From the NCBI GenBank assembly GCA_035193785.1, contig CP136572.1, positions 4,788,578 through 4,852,577 of the forward strand: a stretch of DNA of 64,000 bases, written 5' to 3'. The DNA is from Planktothrix sp. GU0601_MAG3 (lineage in GTDB: Bacteria; Cyanobacteriota; Cyanobacteriia; Cyanobacteriales; Microcoleaceae). This document shows positions 51,874-64,000 of this stretch, piece by piece. Position 1 is the stretch's first letter. The number at the start of each line of letters is the position of its first letter. The notes beneath the pieces are model-generated. The model was given only the letters and a program-made list of their open reading frames with translations, was not told the DNA's origin and searched no databases. The translations under genes and the position numbers were made by a program.

Positions 51874-52026
51874 ATATAGCAATCCTAAATCAGTTGTACA
51901 AATAGCTGGAAATCCAAATAATCGTAGGGGCGAGGCGCGCCTCGCCCCTACACCGAATTTGTGTCCATTTTTTAGGGTTAATAATTTTGATCATTATTTT
52001 GTACAATTCATTTAGACTTGCTATAT
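51874..52026. mobile_element. MITE-like element (TA-flanked, IS630-like ends) enclosing a GTAG REP
   Basis: ATATAGCAATCCTAAATCAGTTGTACAAA and TTTGTACAATTCATTTAGACTTGCTATAT imperfect TIRs; inner GTAGGGGCGAGGCGCGCCTCGCCCCTAC at ~51924-51951. Confidence 0.8.
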
Positions 52027-52061
52027 TGCGGTTATTATTAGACAAATATCCTAAAAATTTA

Positions 52062-52854
52062 TCAACCCTTGACCGAGCTTCCTATCCCTTGAAACATAAT
52101 CCAAGATAGGAAAAAGTCGATAATAAAAATAGATAATAGGGCGGTGACAACGGCCGTTGTGGTGGACTGACCGACACCTTTTGCTCCTCCGGTGGTTGTT
52201 AATCCCCAACTGGTTCCAATAATGGCAATAGCCGCCCCAAAAACTAAGCCCTTAATTAACCCACTACAAACATCCCAAACCTGTAGAAAATTCCGTACTG
52301 AATCTAAAAATACCGTTGAAGAAATATTGTACATACTGGTGGCAATTAATAGGCCGCCTGCTAATCCTGTGACTAAACAAATTACGGTTAAAATTGGTAA
52401 CATCGAACAACAGGCGATTACCCGGGGAATCACTAAATAATCCACCGGGTCGGTTTTTAACATATAAAGAGCATCAATTTGTTCCGTGACCCGCATTGTG
52501 CCGATTTCCGCCGCAAAAGCCGAACAGACTCGCCCGGCGACAATGACGGCCGTTAATACCGGACTAAGTTCTCGGGCCAGGGACAGGGCCAGAACTCCCC
52601 CGACAATATTTACAGCCCCCAAAGCCACAAATTCCCGTGCTACTTGAATCGTGAACACCATTCCCACAAAACTAGCCGTGAGCAGAGCAATCATCAAGGA
52701 TTCCGGGCCAACTATTACCATTTGTTCCAAAGTGTTACGACGATGAATTTTACCCTGGAGTAAATGCACCACCACCTGACCCGCCAATAACAGGGCGGCG
52801 ATAAATCGCTGTAGCCAAAGTCCAAAGCTGGAAACGAGTTTTAGAATTGCTCAA
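52062..52854 (-). CDS. mlaE: MlaE-family lipid ABC transporter permease
   Basis: RELSPVL, AEIGTMRVTEQIDAL, GAKGVGQSTT. Repair at 52831 extends the frame to TTG 52854. Confidence 0.93.
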
Positions 52855-53024
52855 GGGAATCACAAGGGGATAAAGTTCAACCGACACTTAGAAATATACA
52901 AATCTTCAACAAGATTTATAACGCATAAAGTTTAATTTTTTTGACTTTATATTTAAGATTTCTCACAGATTTGATTAAAACGAGCGATCGCTCCTATCTT
53001 AGAAATTGATAACCTAGATTTCCT

Positions 53025-53387
53025 GTGATCCCCCATCTAACTGAGGTGAACAGAACTCGCCAACAAGCTGAAGATAGCCGATCTCCTTTGGACAAATTTA
53101 TGAGTATTTTGCCCCATTTCCTTCGTTCCTTGCTACTAGCAATTACCTTTAGTTTCATCGCCCCGCTCTTATTGATTGCAGTGGGATTAATCACCTTTGT
53201 CCTGATGAGTCACCTGCCTATTATACAAAATTTAGGGACGTTGGGCTGTCACCAAATGCTTAAATTTCTTGCCACCTTTGGCAATGGACACCCCTTACAA
53301 GGTTGTTTGGTCATCGCTCTAACCTTTAGTTTAGTGGGCGGGTTATTTGATACCTATGCTTGCTGTCAAAATCAAAGAATCAACTAA
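53025..53387 (+). CDS. Conserved hypothetical membrane protein
   Basis: FSFIAPLLLI...FLATFGNGHPLQG...LFDTY; true start may be ATG 53100. Confidence 0.75.
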   Translation: MIPHLTEVNRTRQQAEDSRSPLDKFMSILPHFLRSLLLAITFSFIAPLLLIAVGLITFVLMSHLPIIQNLGTLGCHQMLKFLATFGNGHPLQGCLVIALTFSLVGGLFDTYACCQNQRIN

Positions 53388-53549
53388 CAATTAGCCAAAG
53401 TTTATATAGGTGAGAGATTTAAGTCATTTCATATCGAATTTATTACTTTTATTAAGTCTCAGTTTAACATATTACCAGACTATTATAAGTTTATCAATGG
53501 TTACATTTGGTGTAAAAATAGACATACTGTAAAAATTCAAGATCATACA

Positions 53550-53952
53550 ATGGCTGATATTGTTGATATTGCTGTAGGTGCGGGTTCATTTACAACCCTG
53601 GTAGCCGCTGTTCAAGCCGCAGGTTTAGTGGAAGCATTGAAAAGTCCTGGCCCTTTTACTGTGTTTGCACCCAATGACGAAGCGTTTGCAAAACTTCCCC
53701 CTGGAACAGTACAAACCTTAGTTCAAAATCCACCGCAGTTAGCTAGAATTCTAAAATTTCATGTCGTTTCGGGTAAACTAACAAAAGCCGATTTAGAAAC
53801 ATTAGGTTTCTGTTACTTCCTTGGAAGGTTCACCAATTCCGATTAACTGTTCCGATGGTTTTGAAGTCAAAAATGCCACGGTACTCGCACCGGATATTGA
53901 AGCGGATAATGGCATTATTCATGTCATTGATACGGTGATTTTAATGGGTTAA
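53550..53952 (+). CDS. Fasciclin (FAS1) domain protein
   Basis: [18 protein letters not shown]; repair at 53806 restores [13 protein letters not shown]. Confidence 0.93.
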
Positions 53953-53993
53953 TTGGTTATCAATAATTTTCCTATTTTCAGGAAAAATAACCC

Positions 53994-54019
53994 GTAGGGG
54001 TGGGTTATCCCAACCCTAC
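53994..54019. repeat. GTAG REP-like hairpin between convergent genes
   Basis: GTAGGGGTGGGTTATCCCAACCCTAC. Confidence 0.7.
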
Positions 54020-54044
54020 TAAAATTAATTTCCCATCCGAAATT

Positions 54045-57000
54045 TTAACTTTTCCGACTAGAAACCCGATGACTCAACCGTTCATAATCTGGACGAAACC
54101 ATTGCGGTAAACGAGAAAGATCTTGAATTTGTAATTGTTCAGGGCGACAATATAATAACACCGCCAATAGAGGTTTAATTGTCTCTATTTGATTCAATCC
54201 TTGATTCATTTGAGAGGCTAAGGTTTTAATAAATTGCTGTTCTGTAGAAGTCAAATTTTCTTGAGAAAATCCACTGTATAATAGGGTTCGATAGGTTTGA
54301 CCCACTGCACTTTGATAAACCGATTCTAATTGTGTAGCTTCCAAACCTAACCAAAAATCAGCTAATTGTCGGCGAATTTGACGTAATTCCTCAACAATAG
54401 AAGTATTAGCCGGATCTATTTTATATAAATTCACACATCCAATTAACCGATTTTGAAAGGATTCGATAGGAGTTAATGGTCGATTTTTGCTAATATCAGA
54501 TACCGTTACTTTTTCTAAAGCTGATGGATTTTCAAATACCCGTTTATATTCCTTTAATAACCATTGAGGTAAACGAGTTTCTGCATTAGCAACCACCATT
54601 TTTCCCGGGGGATAATATAACATTAATACCATTAAATGATTTAAAGAATCAGACTGTTTGAGTCCAATCGCCTGTTGAGTAATTTGGTTAACAAATTGTT
54701 CTTCTTCTGCGGTTAATAGTTCCCGTTGAATACCTCGATTTAAAAGAATTTGATATCCTTTTCCTAAATCCGTTGTATACATCCGTTTCCAAATGTTCTG
54801 GCGCAATTTTTAACCAATGTTCCACCATGATTTTCCGAATAGAACGTAACTGATCAACAATAGCTTGATTATTTGGTTCTAATTCATAAGCATTTACATT
54901 AGCAACCAAAGCCGATAAATACTGTTGGATTGCTTCTCGACTATTGAGTTGAATAGATGGCGGGTTAGGTTGATTTTGTTGCCAATTTTGGAATAACTGT
55001 TGGAAAATCATACCCATTTTATTCGAGTAGGTGCGACTATCCAAAAATTCAGGATTCTGTTGCATTTTTTGTTGAATTTCCTGGCTTTTTTGTTGTCGCA
55101 GTTGAGGATTATTAGCAAGGGTTATCGCTAAATTAATATAGGATTCTTCACTATTAGCAATTAAATCAGGAATAGAGAGCGATCGCAACAAAGACGCAGC
55201 CATCAAGGAACGGAATGAACCAATATCTCGGACGACAAAAACCTCTCCCGCTTGCGATGTTGTGGGGGAAAAATTAGGAATCACATCCCCATCTCGCACC
55301 ACGGGAACTAAACCTACTTCTAAAGGATCAACTAAAGAATTGACCCCGGAAAAAGGATAGGAATCTAAATAAATATCAGCTAATTTCAGATATTCTTTAA
55401 TATCACTGCGACTCCCTTGGGGTTTAATTATAATTAAACGACTCGAATCAACCCCATATTCTACTAAAACGGCTTTAAAATTATTAATCCAGGGAAGCGC
55501 CCTATATTGGGATGCCCAATTGGGGTTAAAGGGATATAAAACCAACACAGAATCAGGAACCTTTGCTAATAGTTTAGCCCAGGTTTCTCGCAGTTCAGGA
55601 ATAATTTTATAGAAATTCGCACCGGAGATAAAAACAACCGCCTGTTCAGAAATTCCCAAAGTAGAACGAGTTGGAGTAACTTTAGGTGCTTCTGGAGGAG
55701 TTGCATAATAACTGAAACAGTGCGCCGTACCTTCTAAAAGCATTAATTTTTCTCGATATTGGGCTTGGGGATTATTTTTTATTTCCGTTAAAGTTCCCGA
55801 AATATAGTAATCAATATTCCGCATTCCTGTGGTCACGCAGGATGATGTTGATGTGACTTGAATGCGGGCTAACCGATGTAATCCTAATAGGGTGATCCCG
55901 TGATTTACAGCCGTTATATTGGTTCCAATTAATATAATATCTAAATCATCATTACGGATGAATTGCACCTGCTCCTTGATATTTTGGGGCAGTTTTACAA
56001 GACGTTCAACCCGACTCTGACAATACTGTTCTAAGGGATGATTATTCGATTGTAGAGCATATAAAATTACCTCAAATTGAGTTGAATCTAAATACTCAAA
56101 AACAGGTAAAGTTGAGTAGGTTTCGGTTTGGGGTAGGAAATGGTTACTCAGAATTCCTAAACGAATCTTCTGACGAGTTGGACGTTGGGGAAACTGATAA
56201 TCTAAGGAATAACCCAAATTAGTTAGGGCAAATTCCATAATTTCTGCCCGTTTAATATAAATTTCCTTGAGATTAGCCGTATTAAAATATAAGGGAATAA
56301 AGTTAGCAATTTGGGTAAATTTCCAGGCTAATTCCTGCCAAATTGAAAACTCAGGATGACTGGTAAACCGTTCATGGATATAGGGAATCCAATCTGCTAA
56401 ATAACGATAATAAAGTTCAGCTTCCCCGCGCTCTTGGAAAAATTGGGGGACGGCTAACATAAACTCAAAATAATCAGGTAAAAACCATTTAGGAATCGGA
56501 GCTTGAATATACCAATTTGGAGATAATTGATAGGGATAGCTATATAAAATAATTGCCAATAAATGCTGTATGCTTTTAGGTTGATTTAACCCTTGTTTCA
56601 GATAAGCATACCAATCTTGGATTTGAGCTTTTTCCGAGGGTGTTAAGGCTTCATTTTTTAGCCCACTATTGAGTAGAATTTTATGCGCTTGACCAATTTC
56701 TCCTCCATAGGTTTTTTCTAAATAATCTGATTCTAACCCTAACCAATATTGAGCCACAATTTGCCGAATTTGACGCAGGGAATTGAGAAGGGAGTCTGGG
56801 TTATTTGTTTTCTTGTATTCTTCTGTTAAACGGGAAACTTCCGCCAAAATTTGAGCCGGAGTTAAAGTTTTAAGTTGAGCTTTAGCTGGTTTTTGAGGAC
56901 TAAATAACTCAATAATAGCTTGTTTAAGAGTATCAGATTGACTACATTTTAATGCTTCCTGAATTTGGGCAATTACGGCTTTAGCATCCCCATTAGCTAA

Positions 57001-60000
57001 CAGTTGTTGAGCGGTATTAATGGCATATAAACCATAATGTTCTCGGGCTTTATTCGATAAATTAATTGCCAAATTTTCGGGTAGATAGGATTGGGATAGT
57101 TCAATAGATTTTAAAGTATCTGAAATATTCGCACCCATGGAAATTAACTTAGAACTTTCTGAAGTTGAATGTAAGCGATAACAGGCTAAAGGTTGAGGTT
57201 CATAAGCCACAGGATAATAGGCCGAAATTCGTTTCCACATTTCCCAGTCGGCGGCGGAACCTGCATTTTCAGAAAATCCTCCTAATGTTTCATAAACACT
57301 GCGTTTAACTACCATAGCAGCAAATTGAATACGCTGCATCACAGCAATGCGTTCTAACCAGTTAGAAATAATCCCATTTGTTTCCTGTTCTAAAGCGGAA
57401 AGGGAGCGTTGTTTTCCCTGTTCATCAATATAATAATGGCGACAAAATCCAGCCCCGGCTGTGGGTTCTTTTTTTAATAATTCTCGCATCTGATGATAAA
57501 ATTCAGGTAGGACTAAATCATCCTGATGTAGAAGATGAATCCATTGTCCCCTAGCCCGTTTAATACAATCATTCCAGTTAGTAATTAACCCTAAATTTTT
57601 AGGTTGTTGATAGAATTTAACTCGATTTTTACCCAGGGTTTTAACTATAGATTCAATCTCTGGATTAGTTGAACAATCATCAACAACCAGAATCTCCATT
57701 TCTTCAGAACTCGGTGCTTGAGTCAGAACACTATTTAACACCTGTTCGATATATTTTTCACCGTTATAAATAGGAATAATCACCGACCAAAAAGGTCGAG
57801 GTTGGGCGGAAAAAACCGGATCAATTTTAGGTGGATTAACCCGACTCAGTTTAGATAAATTAATATAAAGTTGAGACTGATCAATTGCTTCCATTCCCTC
57901 CCCTTTAAGTTGAATTTGCTCATCACAAGTTTCTATGACTTGGGGTGATAATGTTTTCATAAATTGAAATCGGGTGGCGGGGTCGGAAAATCGGTTCCAA
58001 ATTCTTAATAAATTAGTTTGTACTGTTTTTTGATAGGTTTCCCAATTCAACTACAGAGTTTAATAATTCCGTGATTAATTTAATATAAAAGGGTAGATGA
58101 AACTGTGATAAAACTTTATTGGCTAAATCACAGGATAAATTATTCACTAAAATTTGATGGTTTTGATCAGTTAGTTGAATTTGAGAATAATTCAAAAATT
58201 TAGCTAATTTTTCCCGGGAGGAGGTATATCTTTTAAAGATTAAAATTTCTTCTTCACGACTTAAATCTTGTTGATGACTTAAGGAATGTTCTGATAAATT
58301 CAAAGTCCCTAATATTTCGGGAATAAAATGGAATTCTCCCCCATTAGCAATTCTAATATAAAAGTCTTGATCCCCTCTAACTTTTAAGGTTTGATCAAAT
58401 AATCCGTAATTATTATGTAGAGATTTTCGCCACATTGGTTGAGAACCAATTTGGGCTGAAAATAATAATTTTAAACGGGAAAATTCCGGCCATTTCCAGT
58501 GGGGTTTGCCATTTAACTGCTCAACATTAACAATTTCTCCGGGTGATACCGCTTGCTGATCTGCGTGCACTAATATAACTTCCGAATGTTCATCTAAATA
58601 GTTAGATAACCTTTCTAAAGCGTTTAATTTGAGACGATCATCGGTATTTTGATTGGTGATATATTCACCCCTGGCGATCGCAATTCCCCGGTTCCATGCT
58701 TGATAAATCGGTTCCCTTGCTTCAGTTTTAATATAAATAATCGAGTCAGGATATTGTTTTTTAAACTCTAAAATAATATCCCGTTCATTTTCCTGGGAAA
58801 CCGGAATCAACAACAATAATCTCTACTTTTCCTTGTTGAAATAAAGTTTGATTGACTAAATTTTCTAACCTTCCCGACATCATTGATGCTGAATTATAGC
58901 TAGAAATAATTGCAGATACTTTGATTTTAGTTTCAGTTAAAACCGGTTGTTTTAAAGCCAAAACCTGAGTATCTTCTAACACTATTACAGGGGGAGATAG
59001 CTGTTCCGAAGTATATTTTCCTTGCTCAATTAATTGTAATTCCTCTTGAACAACTTGCTTAACTTCTTGAAAATATTGCTCTCGATAAACTTTAGAACGT
59101 TGGGTATTATATGTACGAAATCCCCCAATTAAACTTCTTAATAAATACAAAGGAGCGTAACGAGAAAAGCGTAACCACAGTTCAAAATCCCCCGCTAAAT
59201 TGAGATTTGTTTGTAATTTTGATCCAGCTTTTTCCCAGAGCGATCGCGTCCAAAATGTGCTTTCTTGTTGAATCCAAGTATGTTGTAATTGTTGATATTG
59301 TTCCACCCATTGTTTATCTAAAAGCATTTTTCTTGACCATAAAGGCGTCTGCATTTGACTATGAATATGTTTTCCATTTCTATCCCATTCTGTCGGAATT
59401 CCCATCACCCATTCCACCTGTTTATTTTGCCCAAATGTCGCCGCCAGTTTATAAAAAGCATCGGGATGGTATTTATCATCGGAATTTAACCATCCCATAA
59501 TTTCACCCGTTGTTTTTTGAAATCCCGTATTAACCGCCGCATAATGACCGCCATCAGCTTGATTTTGCCAATAGGTTAAATATTTCTCATATTTTTTAAT
59601 AATTTCAACGGAATTATCCGTACTTCCCCCATCCATAATTATGTATTCTAAGTTAGGATAATTTTGACTCAAAATCGAATCAATACACTCCTCTAAAAAT
59701 TCACCTTGATTTAATGAAGGGGTAACAATAGAAATTTTAGGTAAAGATGAGGAAACAATCAATTGAGGAGATATAGATTTGACATTTGTGGCGGATTTTT
59801 GCCAGAGAATATTATAGGAAATTGGTTGACCAAATTCTTGATAGGAGGTTTTTGTGGTGGGTTGCCAAAATTGACGATAAGCTGTTTCTGACATTCCATA
59901 TAAATCAGGATCAAGTTTAATTTGATCAAAATCAATCATGGAATTTAGGGTTTTTTGGGTTTTAAATAAATAGGGTAAAAATTTATTTGTCCAAACTTCT

Positions 60001-62400
60001 GCTGGTTTAACTACCACATCAAAACAATGTAAGGAAAAACCATCGGGTTTTAAAATTCGATCAATATCTTGGTTGATTTTATCAAAATTTGTTTGATTTT
60101 CAGAAATATGTTCTAGGGTAGAAATACTAAAAACACAATCAAAATATTGATTAGGAAGTTCAGAGTTAAAGTTGCCAATATAATCTAAAACAATACGAGA
60201 GTTGTCTGAATTATTAATCTGATTTGGGCCGTTTCCTAGACCTTCAAATTTGTCTAAATTCCAACATTCATAATCTTGTTTTAAAACTTGCAATACTCTG
60301 GAATTTCCTCCCCCAATTTCTAATAATTTTGCCCCTTTGGGTAAATTTTTGGTAATGAAATTATAGGTCAATAAATCTTGATAAACTTTTAGATCGCAGC
60401 TATCAGGACTGATTTTGCTGTAAGCTCCAAAGGGTTGAAATTGATTAAAATGACTGCGTTTGGAATAGGTAAAATCTTGAAAATCAAGCTGTTTTTTTTC
60501 TGCTGTTAAGTTTTGCATAGTTTCGATTAAAGTATTTTGGATAATTGCCGCCATTTTTGACCAAGAATATTCAGAAGATTGTTGTAAACCTGCTGTAATT
60601 AAAGGTTGACGAATTTCGGGTTTTTGAATTTGCTCTAATGCTTGTAGCATTTCTAAAACCTGATCTTCATTAACATAATAAGCCGCTGTTTTCGCAATTT
60701 CTGGAATTGAACCTTTTCGACAGGTAATTACCGGACAACCGCAAGCCATCGCCTCTATAATTGGCATTCCAAACCCTTCATATTTAGAGGGATAAACTAA
60801 TGCAGTTGCGCCGGAATAAGCCGATTTTAATTCTTGATCATCCAGTTGCAATAAGTTGATTTTAAACTGTTGAATATAGGGATAAAATTCAGCTTCTAAA
60901 GTTGGTTCTCCTCCGACACAAACAATTTCAAAATCCCGGTTATTTTGCAGTTTAGCTAAGGCTTTAAAGAATAATAAAGTGTTTTTATATCCTCCCGCAC
61001 CCAAGCGTTGACCGACTAAAATAAAATAGGGTTTATTGATGCTATATTTGACTTTGAACTGTTGAATTTCTTCTCCTGTTGCGGGTGAGAATACAGCAGG
61101 AACACCACAATGGGCAACGGTAATTTTATCGGGTTTAATATTAGGAAAAAACCGAAGTAAATCCTGAGCCGTGTTTTCAGAAATCGTAATATAAGCGGAT
61201 GCGTGTTCAATTCCATAATGTTTTTCTCGCCACATAGGAATAGTTAAATCCAGTCCCAACTGTTTCTGGAATCATGTCATATCCCATAAACACAGAAGGT
61301 GTTGTTAGGGGAGTGGTATAATAGGTTGAAATAAACAGAGCCGCATTTTCTTGATCACAAATTTTTTGTAATAATTGCCGATCTTCCTCAACTTTATCAT
61401 AGTTATATTCGGGAATTTGATAATATTTAATCCCAGGAATTTTAGGCGTAGTCCCTTCCCGGTCTAAAACAATAATTTGTTGAGCAAAATCCTGGGTAGA
61501 CCAAGTTTCTAGTAAGGATTTCCAAACCCTAGCAATTCCGGTGTTACGAATCTGGAAAAATACACCATCAATAATAATTTTACTGGAATTTTTACCAGAA
61601 TTAATCTGTTTTCGAGTGGCTACGGCTTTTAAAAAATCCTGTTCAATTAAGGAAGGCATAGAATTAGAAGTAGATTCTATAGACACAGCTTTTTTCCAAG
61701 ATGATCCTGATATTTTTGTGGCGGTTAATAGATGTAAACTACTCCCATCAGAATATAAGTTTAACTTAAATTTCTCCGCGATTTTCACCAAAGATTGATA
61801 GGTATAAATAGAAATATGTTGACCTTCATGGAGGGCATAATACCACCATTGATCCGGTTTAGGATGATCTGCCGGAAGCAGTTGGGTACTGAATAATAAA
61901 TTTTGGGAAAACTTTAATAATTTTTCAATTTCCTCCAGGGGATTAACAAAGTGTTCAAACACCTCAAAAGCCGTAACTAAATTATAGTTTTCTTGTTGAT
62001 TTCCTTCAAATCCCTGATAAAATATATTTTGACAATATTGATCATAGCCATAAAAATCAAACCCCAAATCTCGCATCAACCGCACAAATAAACCATAACC
62101 ACAGCCATAATCTAAAAACTTGCCTTTGGAATTAAAACATGATATAATTAACTCTTGAGTGATTTGAGAAAATTTAAAATTCCGTGACACTAATCCCACA
62201 TCGCTCATCGCAATTGGATCGGCATAAGATTCATCTAACCAATAGGGTTTTTCAGTTTGCACAAACCCACAAACTGAACATTTAAAATAATTAACAGCAT
62301 AGCGATTTAAAATTGTAGCTTGAGCAAAATAGGGAGATACAGAACTACAAATTTGACAAAGGGAATTTGGGGTAACTTTTGATTGACTTTCAACTTGCAC
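54045..62400 (-). CDS. Giant multidomain methyltransferase/glycosyltransferase (~2,780 aa)
   Basis: Five ORFs rejoin at GAAAC/GTTTC sites 61262, 58797, 58037 and 54785. Domains: MTase (LDYGCG), GT4 (EGFGMPIIEA), MTase (LLEIGGG), three GT2, and a GT41/SPINDLY-like domain (ADIYLDSYPF). Confidence 0.88.
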
Positions 62401-62604
62401 TATGGTTTGACCCTAAACTGAACTGAGCGAAAAATCTTTTACTATATTACTGTGTGCGAGTGCCGGGGCGATCAATAGCCTTGTCCTTAACCAATTTAGA
62501 GCATCCAACAAGACCCGACGCACTGTTGATGAAAAATACGTTAAGATTAGTAACAATACCATAACAATGAGTCCTGTGGACTCGCCGCAACAGTAGGAGG
62601 ATAG

Positions 62605-64000
<1,396 letters not shown>

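Overview
Chromosomal window from a filamentous cyanobacterium. HIP1 GCGATCGC sites, heptamer STRRs, an AGAAACCCGGTTTCT palindrome and roughly 40% GC suggest a Planktothrix-like genome (inference). Core genes: secA, ribD, fbp, dnaK3-dnaJ, cysH, ftsH, sbtAB, mlaE, SRP RNA and a Yfr2-like sRNA. Glycan/EPS genes: two DegT aminotransferases, GT2s, a GH74-like hydrolase, a cyanoexosortase B-wza-wzc operon and a ~2,780-aa methyltransferase/glycosyltransferase fusion. Also present: a TnpB-only IS200/IS605 element, a ~90-bp IS605-type miniature element, a TRANK1-like SF1 helicase, a chromosomal CyRepA1-like replication protein and a three-gene Pbe-like (DNA phosphorothioation-associated) helicase/small protein/CxC ABC-ATPase module. 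The main hidden signal is in the frameshifts. All 31 that I traced lie at the same 4-mer, GAAC/GTTC read as GAAAC/GTTTC (one as GTTTTC), and removing the extra base(s) restores each ORF. GAAC/GTTC is the classic Dnd phosphorothioate motif. The broken genes are therefore most likely intact, and the errors are probably a sequencing footprint of DNA modification. CDS coordinates below are for the rejoined genes.
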